Shown: positions 38,031 to 50,447 of the stretch, one piece after another | Numbering within the stretch: position 1 is the first letter of the stretch | Layout of the letters: each line of letters begins with the position of its first letter | Assembly: GCF_018350175.1 (NCBI RefSeq) | Contig: NC_058383.1 | Span: 7,814,001-7,874,000, forward strand | Length of the DNA stretch: 60,000 bases | Source of the DNA: Felis catus | Lineage: Eukaryota | Direction: 5' to 3' | Notes under the pieces: generated by a model | The model's input: the letters and a program-made list of their open reading frames with translations, nothing else | The model's database searches: none | What the model was told of the DNA's origin: nothing | Position numbers and translations under genes: made by a program

Positions 38031-41000
38031 ATTTTTTTTCAACGTTTATTTATTTTTGGGACAGAGAGAGACAGAGCACGAACGGGCGAGGGGCAGAGAG
38101 AGAGGGAGACACAGAATCGGAAACAGGCTCCAGGCTCTGAGCCATCAGCCCAGAGCCCGACGCGGGGCTCGAACTCACGGACTGCGAGATCGTGACCTGG
38201 CTGAAGTCGGTCACTTAACCGACTGCGCCACCCAGGCGCCCCTATTTATTTATTTTTAAACGTTTATTTATATTTGAGACACAGAGAGACAGAGAATGAA
38301 CGGGGGAGGGTCAGAGAGAGAGGGAGACACAGAATCTGAAACAGGCTCCAGGCTCTGAGCTGTCAGCACAGAGCCCGACGTGGGGCTCAAACTCTCGGAC
38401 CGCGAGATCATGACCTGAGCCGAAGTCGGACGTTTAACCAACTGAGCCACCCAGGCGCCCCTAAATTTTTTATTTTTAAGTATATATCTCTATACCCAAA
38501 GTGGGGCTTGAACTTACAACTTCAAAATCAAAGTCACGTGTTCTACCAACTGAGCCAGACAGGTGCCCCAGGTTTCCTTTTTGCTACCCACATCATGACA
38601 GTTATTTGGCGCAGTGTTGGAGTTAGGACTTTCCCTATATGTAATAAACAACAAATCATCCCTTTCACTGAAAATTCTAGAAATTGTCATTCCTCCCCCC
38701 ATATCCCAGTGCCCTTCATAGGGTGCACCTCACCCTGTCAAGTCTAGAGTTAAGTTTAGTGGAAGCCCATGAAGTTTAAGCTTCCGCACCCCTCACCTGA
38801 CTGCCCCTCCCACTGTCCTGGTTAATGAGTGCCATCAATTTAAACAGTTTTTAAGGTGAATTCCAGCACAAGAATGTTTGAAATAGCCTGAAATCTTACG
38901 GCCCTTACACAAAGGGAATTTGGTAGAGGTTTCAACATTGCCAATAATGAGTTGTAAACCTCAGTGAGATCTTTATAAACTTTCAATAATGAAAGAAAAA
39001 AAAAGTCAACTGGCCATAATAGAGGGAAGATGGAGACAAAGAGAAATAGAAAGTAGTATTACAGAGTCCTTATCATATGAAGAGGTAGCCCCAGTACACA
39101 GGTAAGAAAAAGGTAGGACATGAAAGTATTATACAGATGTGTTGGGCAATTATTTACTACACCTAGCCTGTTTTTCTCGAGTTGGTAGTATTTTTTTTTT
39201 TCAAGGTTTATTTATTTTTGGGAGAGAGACAGAGCATGAACGGGGGAGGGGCAGAGAGAGAGGGAGACACAGAATCTGAAGCAGGCTCTAGGCTCTGAGC
39301 TGTCAGCACCGAGCCCGATGTGGGGCTCGAACCCACGAACCGCGAGATCATGACCTGAGCCGAAGTCAGAAGCTTAACCAACTGAGCCGCCCAGGCGCCC
39401 CCGTGATTTCTGCATTTAAGCAAACATTAGCTTTTATACCTAATTTCAGCTTCACAATTTTATTTTCTTAAGGTGGGTTCCCCATGTTATACAAACTTCA
39501 GGACTCACAAAACCTGAATCCACTCCTTGTCTGACCACCAGACATCTTCCCAAACTCATCATATGTGAAATTGTAATAGACACAAGTGTAAAAGATTTTA
39601 TAAATTTATTAGTGATTGTATTTTCATTGTTTGTGGTCCCAGGTTTCCTAAAAGCAGGTACAATGTGTGTTGTGCTCAACGCTAAGTCCAATGCAAGTCT
39701 GGCCCATGTACGTACTCAGTAAATGTACATACTTATTCCTTTATTAACTAGTCATTTTTTAATTCACTCAGCATCTATTAACTAATTAATTAATTAATTT
39801 ATTTATTTATTTATTTTTGAGAGACAGAATGAGATAGAGCATGAGCAGGGGAGGGGCAGAGGGAGAAGGAGACACAGAATCTGAAGCAGGCTCCAGGCTT
39901 CGAACTGTCAGCACAGAGCCCGACACGGGACTTGAACCCATGAACCGCGAGATCATGACCTGAGCCGAAGTCGGACACTTAACCAACTGAGCCACCCAGG
40001 CACCCCAACTCAGCAATTATCATTATTCTAAGTTTATTTATTTATTATGAGATAGCAAGTATGTGCACAGGGGAGGGGCAGAGAGAGAGGGAGAGAATCC
40101 CAAGGAGGCTCTGCACTGTCAGTGTAGAGCCCTGCTTGGGGCTCGAACCCATGATCCACGAGATCATGACCTGAGCAGAAACCACGAGTCATCATTTAAC
40201 AGACTGAACCACTCAGGCACCCCTCAACAATTATTTATTGTACTTTTGCTATGGACCAGGACTGGGGACACAAAGTCATCCTTGACAGCCCAGGGGAAGA
40301 AACAACCACGAAACTTCAACAGAACCCAGGAAGCTATGTGTGGAGCATAAGTAGTGGCATACAGAGGGTCCTATGGGATCCCAGGGGGAGCACACGTAAT
40401 CCAACCTGAGGGTTCAAGGTGAACTTTCTGGAGAAGATGATGCTGTCTGACTGGAGTCCTAGAGGAGATTGGGGGAAAGGTTGCTTTAAAGGCAGAAGGG
40501 GGCGGCGCCTGGGTGGGTCATTTGTTGAGTGTCTTACTTCAACTCTGATTGTGATCTCACTGTGGGTTCAGGTCCTGCATCGGGCTCTGTGCTGACGCGT
40601 GGAGCCTACTTTGGATTCTCTGTCTCCCTCTCTCTCTGTCCTCCCCCCTCCTCAGAAATAAATAAACATTAAAAAAAAAAAAAAGGCAGAAGAAGAGCAA
40701 AAACAAGAGTGTGGACGTAGTGAGATTGTCCCTGTGCTGCCAGAGTTCAGGACATCAGGGTGTAGATTGCCAGGACAGTGACAGTGGATGAGCTGGTGAC
40801 ATGAGCAAGGGCCAGCCTGACATCACAGGACAATCCTGGAGTGCAGGCTTGTCCTGAACACCTGGGGAACCACTGAAGGGTTTGAGACAAAGAGGCAACC
40901 CTATCGGATTTGTGTAGAAAGACCCCATGTGTCCAACTTTGGAGAGTAGATTGAAAGGGATCAAGACTGGGGCGCCTGGGTGGCTCAGTCGGTTGGGCAT

Positions 41001-42143
41001 CCGACTTCGGCTCAGCTCATGATCTCGAGGTCTGTGAGTTCGAGCCCCGCGTCAGGCTCCGTGCTGACAGCTCAGAGCCTGGAGCCTGTTTCAAATTCTG
41101 TGTCTCCCTCTCTCTCTGACCCTCCGCCGTTCATGCTGTCTCTCCCTGTCTCAAAAAATAAATAAATGTTAAAAAATATATATATGAAAGGGATCAAGAC
41201 TGAAGGCAGAAAAACCACATGTAGGTCTCCAAATGACAGTAAGGGCTTGAAAGGACAGAAGTATGTGCTCACATGTGAGAGCAGGTAGGTCTTGGAGCCT
41301 GGCCATGGGAGTGGGGGAGACTGAAATCAAGTATGATTCAAGTTTCAGACTCTGGCAGCTAGGTAGGAGCCAGGGGACTGGAGCCACCAGGGAGGAAGGT
41401 GTGGCCAGGTTGAATTTGAGATCCCTGTGTATCATCCAGAACGCAGGTCCAGCAGTCAATCATACAGGCATTCAGGGGCAGCTTTTTGGCAGGAGATACA
41501 GGTTCAGGGGTTACTGGCATATGATTGTGATTGGAGCCTGTGCCCAGTGGGAGGGGGGTTGGAGGAGACTGTAGATTGGAAAGATGGAGGAAAGCCTTAC
41601 ACTTCACTATTTATTTATTTATTTATTTATTTATTAAAGCAAACATTATCATATTTAATTCATCATAAGAACTCTTAGGCAGGATGGGCGTTATTCTGAC
41701 ACCCACTTTATTTTTTCCTTTATTTATTTAAATGTTTTATTTATTTTTAAGACAGAGAGAGACAGAGCATGAGTGGGGATGGGGCAGAGAGAGAGGGAGA
41801 CACAGAATCTGAAGCAGGCTCCAGGCTCTGAGCTGAGAGCACAGAGCCCTACGCGGGGCTCGAACCCACGAGCTGTGAGATCATGACCTGAGCCAAAGCA
41901 GGATGCTTAACCAACTGAGCCACCCAGGCGCCCCTCCTTTATTTATTTTTTAATGGTTATTTATTTTGAGAAAGGGAGAGCGCAAGCAGGAGTGGGACAA
42001 AGAGAGAGAAAAGAGAGAATCCCAAGCACGTTCCGCACTGTCAGCTCAGAGCCATACGTGGGGCTCAAATTCACAAATGAGATCATGACCTGAGCCGAAA
42101 CGAAAAGTCAGACGCTTAACCGACTGAGCCACCCAGGGTGCCC
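37045..42143. mobile_element. Dense intergenic cluster of carnivore SINEs, with hAT-Tip100-like (38745-39526) and L2 remnants
   Basis: More than 10 SINE copies, e.g. 38027-38242(-), 38250-38461(-), 39190-39401(-), 39790-40005(-), 40968-41180(+), 41720-41933(-). Confidence 0.8.
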
Positions 42144-45100
42144 TTCTGACATCCACTTTAAAGATGAGACGGGCTCAGGTTAAGTGAGCCGTCCAATGTA
42201 CTTGGCCAGTAGTCAGCAGGTTGGCTGACTCCACTGTGGCACTCAGCATACAGGCTGGCCTTCCAGCCCCACCCCCAAGGACCTGAAGGACACCGATGTC
42301 CTTTTCCTCCTCCTTCTCTCAGCCAGGCCAGCCAGAGGGCATCTCCCCCCTTTGCCTTGCCCTTATCTTCTAGGAAGGACTGGCAGAGCTCACACCAGAA
42401 GCCAAGGCTACCAGAGGGTAAGAAATTGGTGAGAAGGGAGGGGAAGGAGCTGAAGACTAGAGCTAGAAGGGAGAGGTGGAGGAGGAGTGGTAGCAGGGGA
42501 GGAGAGGTATCGGGAGGCTCATTGTCCCAGCTGGGAAGTCTTTTGTTTCCTCTCTTCCCTTGGCAGCCTGACAGGATATGAGGCCAAGCCCCCTCTCCAT
42601 GCCAGCATCCCCCCACCCACTGAACGTGGCCCTTCCCTTACCATTGTGTCCTTGACAGGAATGGGGGGCAGGGGCATTGGCTCTAGGAGGGAATATGAGT
42701 GGCTGGGGGGCTAGGCTACTAGGGTCCAGAAGGGACAAGAAGACCCCGGGGGCGAGGGGTGGGGGTGCTGGTTCATGAAGCTTAGCAGAAAAAGCTTTGT
42801 GCCTGGGGAGAAGCAGGAAGCCAGGCCTGGGTGGGGCCAGCACAGAGGGTAGCAGGTCGGGCCAGGGGGAGGTAGGTTGGGCCCCAGAGGAGATGACGCA
42901 GGGCTTCAGGCCTTTCCCAGCGGCCCCCCCCCCCCATTCCAGCCTGTGGGCCTGAGAGCTCACCTGAACTGCACTGTCCCCCCCACCCCCTCCATTCCCA
43001 AAAGTTGACATCAACCCGGCTAGGGCAGTTGGGATCTGGCAGAGCCCAGGAAACTCAGGTGTCCTGCCCGGGGCCCTCCACGTCCACTTCGCTGGATTCC
43101 CTCCCTCCTCGGGATCCAGGGGTCTGGCCTCCCACTCTGGTCCTCCAGGAATCCTGGAATTTCATCCCTCCCCTCCGCTCCCTCCTGGACCATTTTGCTC
43201 CATCAGCTGTTCCTGCAGGAAGGGCGCCCGCTCAGCCTCGCCTCTCTTCCCGAGCCTTTTGTTTGCTGGGTCTGCAGGAAATTGCAGGGGCGGTGGCCAA
43301 GGGCTCATCTGCCCCTGGGGCCTGGGGGAGGGGGTCCGGATTCACGAGACTTAATCCTGGGGAGCTCACCCCGCGCTGCGGGGTCGGCGGCAGGGGGGCG
43401 GGATTGTGGATCGCCAGGGAATTCACATTTAGGGCCTGAACTCTGAGTGGGGAACCTGCGGAGTGGATTAGACGTCCTTGGCCCCGAGAGGCAGTCCGGG
43501 TGTGTTCGGGGGTGCCCAGAACTGGAGGCTGGACTGACACTGTGAGGTCACTTAATAGGTTGACCGAGGAGCTTGCACCAGGGGCGAAAAACCCAGATAT
43601 TGAATCCCAGAACCTCGTCCTACACGCCTCGGATGACAGCGATCCCAAGCAGTGGGGAAGCAGCAGTCAAGTCACACCAAGCATCTCCGAGAATGAGCTA
43701 ATGCCTTTCTCCTCAAAAAAAAAAAAAAAGGTGGGGAGGAGGACCAGCACGTAGCCCCCGAATTCGCGCCTTCCCAGGACGCAACCGCAGACTAAGGCGA
43801 GGCGTGGACGCTCTAGCGAGCCGACGCCCTCTCGTTGGTTGCCCTCTCTCTGAGGCCACCCTGGGCGCAGCCATCTTCCCTTCCCAGCAGGCGGGTGGCG
43901 CCCGGTGCAGTCACGTGAGGAGCAAGTTTCCCAACCCGTGCAGGCGACTGTCTAGCAGTCTTCTAAAGCGGCAGAGCTACAGTAGCGAAGAAAACCAAAG
44001 TTCCTGTTTCGCGGAGCTTGACTTTTTTTTGGGACTAGGCAGGCAGTGAACAAGATAAACAAATATATGACGTATATTAGATGGTGTTATTACAATGGAG
44101 AAAAAAAACGGGGATGGGATGAAGGGTGTGGTTCAATTTAAATGAGATTGGTGGAGGAGATTTCAAGAAGACGTCAAAATTTGCGTCCAGAACACCAAGG
44201 AAGCTCATGCCCTGTGGGCCACAGTGCGTTCTTGGAGGCTGGGGCAAGGAGATGAGGAGAGTGGGGTGGGATGCAGATTGGGTAGGGCTACAGGGGTAGA
44301 GTGGCCATGAAATACATAGACCACTCCGGCTCAATTCTGAGCCAAAGGAACACTATTAACATTTACACTAAGGCAATGGGCATAAACTTTGTAGTGGGAC
44401 TATAGTTGATGAATCATGAGTTAAGTATGTTATCCTAATTATTAAAGCTTTTGTCTTTTACAATGGCAAAAATAGGAAACTATTGGAGAATTATTTATTA
44501 TTTTTATTATTATTATTTTTTAGTTTATGTTGAGAGAGAGAATCTCAAGCAGGCTTTGAGCCATCAGAGCAGAGCCCCATGCAGGGCTTGAACTCACAAA
44601 TCTTAAGATCACGACCTGAGCCCAAACTAGGAGTGGAAGCCTTAACCGACTGAGCCACCCAGGTGTCACTATTGGAGAGTTTTGAAAACAGAAGCATCAC
44701 TAACTGATTCTTGCTTTAATAGCATCCTTAAAAAAAAAAAAAAAAAAAGATTTTATTTTTAAGTAATTTCCACACCCAACGTGGGACTCAAACTTACAAC
44801 CCGGAGATTGAGTCGTGCATTGTACTGACTGAGCTTCCCAGGTGCCCCCTTAACAGCATCCTTCTAACTGCTCTTTTGAGAATAGACTGCAGGAACAAGG
44901 GCAGAAACAGGAAACCAGTTAGGGGGGTGTTGCCATAATGCAGGCTAAGAGATGATGGTGGCTTGGAGTAGGGTGATCACATGTGGTTGGACACTGGTAA
45001 TATTTTAAAAGTAGGGGCAAAAGGAATTGCTGATGGGTTGGATGTGGGATGTGAGAGAAGGCATAACCCCAAGGTTTCTTACCTAAGCAAATGGAAAGGT

Positions 45101-45536
45101 GGGAAAACCATAACAGGAGTAGGTTGTGGGAGGAAGTTTAGGCGTTTGATTTTGGAATGTACAGAGTTTGAGCTGCCTGTTTGAAGTCCAAGTGGAGATG
45201 TCAGTGTGTTGTTGGACATACAGTGTGGAGCTCAGATCTGGGCTGGAGATACACCCTTGCTACACCATCATAGAGACGGTATTTAAGACATTGAGACTAG
45301 AAGTGGTCACTGAGGGAGTGAGTGTAAATGGTGAAAAGAAGTCTGAGGACCGAGCTTCTGGTCTTTGGTGGAGCCTCCAGTCCACAGTGCCTTGTGGCTG
45401 TGCCTCCAACATCTAGGAATGCTCCACAGTTAAGATAAGAGAGGAGGAAGCCAAAGAGACCGAGCAGGAGGAAATGCGTGAGTGTGGTCTCCTAGAAGAA
45501 GAGGAAAGTGGTGGAGGAGAAGATGGTTATGAAATG

Positions 45537-45998
45537 CAGACACACCTCAGAGATAGTACAGGTTTGGTTCTGGACCACTGCAATTAAAGTGAATATCACA
45601 AGAAAGCCTGTCAAATGCATTGTTTGGTCCCCAGTGCTCATAAAAGCCATGGGTACACTGCACTGTAATCTATTAAGTGTGAAACAGCATTATGTCTAAA
45701 ATCCGTGTACACACCCCAATTAAAAAAGACTTCATTGTTTAAAACTGCTGACCATCTGAGCTTTCAGTGAGTTGCAACCACTGACCACAGATCACCCTAA
45801 CAAATATAAAAATAATGAAGTTTGAAATACTGCGAGAATTACCGAAATGTGACAGGCATGAAGTGAGCAAACACTATTGGAAAAATGGTGCCAAAAGACT
45901 GGCTCCATGTAGGGCTGCCACAAACCTTCGATGTATAAAAAAAATGCAGTATCTGTGAGGTACAATAAAGCGAGGGGCAATAAAACGAGGTATGCCCG
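45537..45998 (-). mobile_element. Internally deleted Tigger1-like DNA transposon
   Basis: Both termini present (cagacacacctcagagat... and ...caataaaacgaggtatgcccg), matching Tigger1 ends as recalled. Confidence 0.75.
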
Positions 45999-46159
45999 CA
46001 TGTCAACTGATGATGGTTTAGTAAAATGAGGACTAAGCAGCAACCCTTGGATTGACAGAGTGGAAGTCACAGGTGACTTGATGGGCACTTTTGTTTTTGC
46101 TGAGGGGCAAAAGCCTAAATTTAGTGGGTTTGTTGTTATTATTTTATTACTTTTAGTAT

Positions 46160-46815
46160 CTATTTATTTATATTTAATGTTTATTTTTGAGAGAGAGAGA
46201 GAGACAGAGCACGAGCAGGGGAGGGGCAGAGAGAGAGGGAAACACAGAATCTGAAGCAGGCTCCAGGCTCTGAGCTGGCAGCACAGAGCCGGACGCAGGG
46301 CTCAACCCCACAAACTGAGAGATCCTGACCTGAGCCAAAGTCGCATGTCCAACCTACCCAGCCACCCAGGCGTCCCATCTTCACATTTCTTTTTAAATCC
46401 ACTAGGGGCGCCTGGGTGGCTGGGTAGGTTGGGCTTCCCACTTTGGCTGAGGTCAGGATCTCTCAGTTTGTGGGTTGGAGCCCACGTCAAGCTCTGTGCT
46501 GACAGCTCAGAGCCTGGAGCTGCTTCGGATTCTGTGTCTCCCTCTCTCTCTGCCCCTCCCCTGCTCTCTCTCTCTCAAAAATAAATAAATATTAAAAAAC
46601 ATTAAGAGAAAAAAATGTGAGGAGGGAGCCTGGGTGGCTTAGAGCTAAGTGTCCGACTTTGGCTCAGGTCATGATTTCATGGCTCGGCTCGTGAGTTCAA
46701 GCCCCACATCAGGCTCTGCTGTCAGTGCAGAGCTCACTTTGGATCCTCTGCCCCTCTCTCTCTGCCCCTCCCCTGCTCTCTCTCTCTCTCTCTCTCAAAA
46801 AAAAAAAAAAAAAAA
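46160..46815. mobile_element. Three adjacent SINEs: 46160-46375(-), 46405-46610(+), 46622-46815(+)
   Basis: SINE heads and tails. Confidence 0.85.
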
Positions 46816-47571
46816 TGTGAGGAGGGATTGGAAACAGCTAGTATAGACAACTTGTTTAAGGAGTTTTGCTATATAGAACAACAAAGAAATGGAGCGATAA
46901 CGGGGAAGTACGGTGTATTCAAAAAAGATTTTTTTTTTCCTTTTTAAGACAAGACGGGGAAAAAAAGCATATTTGTATATCTGTGGGAATGAGCCAATGA
47001 AAAGAGAAAACAAGATGATGAAATGGGATGTAGTGGCGGGTTGACCTTAGCTGGGAGCATGATCAGTTCATCACTAGTGACAGGAGGAGGGCCCAGCGGA
47101 GCGTGGTGGTGGATTAGGAGCTTTTAGCCTCTTGGTGGCTTCTGTTTTCTCGCCGAATTGGGAAGTGAGATGGTGCTGAGCTGTGCTGTACAGGAAGCAC
47201 GGAGGGTTGAACAGAGAGGGGTGAGGATGCAAGTCCTCTAGGAGTGCAGGAGAGTGACTAGACTAGAGAAATCTCATCTGAATGCTGGGCAGCATGAGGG
47301 CACACTTGAGGTTCATGGTCATGAATTTGAGATGAGCTCCCATAGTTGGATGTTTCTCCTGCTTGGGCAGGTTCAAGCTGGGCGGGGAGTTGCATTTACC
47401 TGGGCTGTGGTTTTGCCAGGAGGTTAATAAAGTGAGAGAGGGACAAGGGAGAGCTTTTCACTGACCATGAACTTTAAGCTGGATAAGAAGGGAAGTGAGT
47501 GGGGGACTGGGAAGAGGGCAGGATCAGTGGATTGGGGTACAGTGAGGTGGAGGATTGTTGGGGTCAAGGCA

Positions 47572-47950
47572 TGACAAAGACCCTTTCCTTGACCAAACTT
47601 CAGTCAGGCTTCTCTGAGCCCTCTTTAGACTTGGCCCCCATCCTTGCTGGGCCTGCCTCGCCTGGCCTAGTTGAGGGAGAATCTTCCCACCCTTGATACT
47701 TGATATCTGATCACCCTGGCCTGCCTTCAGCAAGAATCCTAAGTCTGTTTAGCTAGAACCCCCCCCCCCATGCTCTTTGTAATTTCCCATCGCTGACTCC
47801 CTCGTTCTGCTTGTTGGCTAGAAATGCCCAGCTGCCTTTGCTGTAGAGCCCCAACTCTTTCCCCTATTGTGACAGTTCTGACACCTACTGGAATGGTCCT
47901 GAATAAAGTCTTCCTTACCATTTTAACAAGTGTCAGATTAATTTTTCCCC
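47572..47950 (+). mobile_element. Solo ERV1 LTR, MER31-like
   Basis: Begins TGACAAAGAC..CCTTGACCAAACTT.AGTCAGGCT; ends AATAAAGTCTTCCTTACC.TTTTAACAAGTGTCAGA, as recalled for MER31. Confidence 0.7.
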
Positions 47951-48699
47951 CCCTTAGGAGGCATACCAGAAAAGGTGAATGGAAAGAAGGAGGGCCTGCA
48001 GTTATTTACTGGCAAGGACAACGTCTGGGCACAGCCACGTGGAGCGTGAGATCTATGTTCAAGCAACTGCCACGCCCGGATATTGGAAGCCTCATCAGTA
48101 CGGTTATTGAAATCATCAAAAATTGCGACAGGATGGTGCTGGAGAGACCCACGAGCCAAACCCTGTTATGGTTAGCAGCAATGACCACTGAAGATGCCAC
48201 AGTTCAGTTGCTCATGAGACTTCTCCCTGGCAAAGCCAACCTTTGGGCTGCTTTAAGCCCGTTCCTCTCCTAGGGACATGTTGCAGAGAATCTATAGCCA
48301 AAGGCCAGTGACCCTAAAAGCACTGTTCATTTCCTGAGGCTCAAATGACCGTGTAGCCACAAAGGACTATGTCAAAGTTTAGCAAGTGATTACCAAAACT
48401 CTCCCAGCTTCAGCTTCCCTAAGAAGTACTTACCTCACAGTGCTTATGCATATATAACGTAGCACGACGTGCAAATAACTTACTGAACATTTCGGCATTG
48501 TTTTCGAGTGTCGGTCAGTTCATCCAACCCTCTGGCAGCAACCTCGTGCAGGCAGGGCTCTATTTAATCCCCGTTTTATAGATGAGGAAACGTTACCAGG
48601 TGGTGCTACTGTTGATGGTAACTGTAAAGAGTGAGGAGGGGAAGAGGTCCCATCTCCCGGAGGTTCACAAGTCCTGTCATGTCTGTTAGAGGGGACGAC

Positions 48700-49600
48700 A
48701 CCTTGCAGGGAGGCTGGAAGGCGGCAGGAGGACCTTGCGGACCGACGGTGGCCGGCGCAGCCAGGGCTCTCCCGGACCAGCGGCCGATGGCTCCCTCCGA
48801 TGGCGGACGCGGAGAGCGCAGCCGGTTGGGATGGACCAGGCGTGAGGGGCGGGTCTCCGCGGGGTGAGGGCTGAGGCCCGTATCCAGAGACATTCCAGGG
48901 ATTCGAGAGGCCGGAGGAATAGGACTCCGGAAGGCGCCGAGCGACGCGGCCCCGCATTCCCGGCGACGCACCTGGGCCAGGTGTCACATCCCCGCCCACC
49001 TGCAGCTGTCTTCCGCCGTCGCCGCACGCCCCTTTCCGTGGTGGCGCCTCCGGGCGTCTCCGCGAGCTCGGAGCGGGCTCCCGCCCGCATAAAGGGTGCC
49101 TGTTTGCACGGGGGTGATGGGCCGCTTTAGGGGCCGTGGCCTACACTTTGCCGGAGACGCATCCCTGAGGGGCGACCCAGGGCAGTGTCCCAGGCGCGTG
49201 TGGAGCAGGAGCCGCGCCGGCCCCCGGAGCCCGAGGGGGGAGGGGCTTCCCCGGGGGCGCGCCCACGGGGCGGGGCTGGGCGCCGGGACCAATGGGGCGC
49301 GCGGGCTGGGGGAGGGGCGGGCTCCGGGCCTGGCATCCCGGTAGCTGCAGCTGGCTTTTCCGGCACCCGCGCCCCCTCGGCCCGTAGCCGACCCCTCCGG
49401 CTCTCGGGGATCCCCCCTCCCCCGGGCGGCTGCGTCCTCCGGGCGGGTGAGTGAGCGCCCCGCCACACTCGGGCTGTGGGGATGCGCCTGGCCCGGGAGC
49501 CGCGGATCTCGGCCCCCTCCAACCGGCCCCGGGAGAAAGTGGGCAGGAACCGGTGTCGGGGCGGGGAGGAAGACCCACCTTGTGTTGCTGGCCTGTGTCT
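48700..49600 (+). promoter_or_regulatory. SLC12A9: SLC12A9 CpG-island promoter and non-coding exon 1 (donor at 49447)
   Basis: CpG-rich; GC boxes; CCAAT 49289-49293; cgg|gtgagt donor at 49446/49447. Confidence 0.75.
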
Positions 49601-50266
49601 TTGTTTTGGTAGTCGAGGGGTGTGTTTGGGTTGGTCGAGTTTGGAGGGCGCCTTGTGTGGGTGGGAGGAATCTGGTGAGGCTGGGGGGAGAGGAGCTCGT
49701 TTGAAATGGGTTGAGGGAGAGGATTGATGGAGGGCGGGGCAATGGGAGATTCGGAGATTTCTCTTTGCCTTAGGTGAGGTGATTGCTTGGGGGAGTTAGG
49801 ATGGGGACAGCTCAGGACTTCGGAGGAGGGGGTGAGGAGGGCTTCCTGCCGGTAACTCACTTCCCTTTTGGGGGATTTGTTTCCTCTTATACTGCTAGTT
49901 AGTTGAAAAGGGAGAGTATCTTTGCCTCTTCCCAGAACCATTGCCATCCCTAGTCTTCCGGATTTGGGGGAAAAGTGGCCCCCAGGAGCTGGGAGAGGAC
50001 TTGGTACCCAAATGCTGAGGGTGTGGAGTCTGCCATTGCCCAGGGAAGTGGCAAGGACCAGTCTGCTCCCCAGGAACTCTGAGTTGCTGGTGAGTGAGTG
50101 AGTGAGTGTGTGTGTGTGTTTCTTGAAGCTCTTCCTTTTGGGGAGGTTTCCAGGTGTTCGGTTAGAGGTGTTTTTGAGGGGCTCCGTGGAGCTGCTTTCC
50201 ATTAAGTAACACTGTCTTTTGCAGGCCTCATAACCCATTGGTGGCATCTTCTGCCTGCTCTCCACC

Positions 50267-50447
50267 ATGGCCAGCGAGAATTCTCCTCTGCTGGCCTACC
50301 GGCTCCTGGGAGATGAGGGGGTTGCCTTCTCTGCCAATGGGGCCGGGGGTCCTGGAGGGGCATCTGCCCGGAAGCTCTCCACCTTCCTGGGTGTGGTGGT
50401 GCCCACGGTCCTGTCCATGTTCAGTATAGTTGTCTTTTTGAGAATTG
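50267..50447 (+). CDS. SLC12A9: SLC12A9 exon 2 coding part
   Basis: ccaccATGG Kozak; acceptor ends at 50224; donor gtaagt. Confidence 0.95.
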
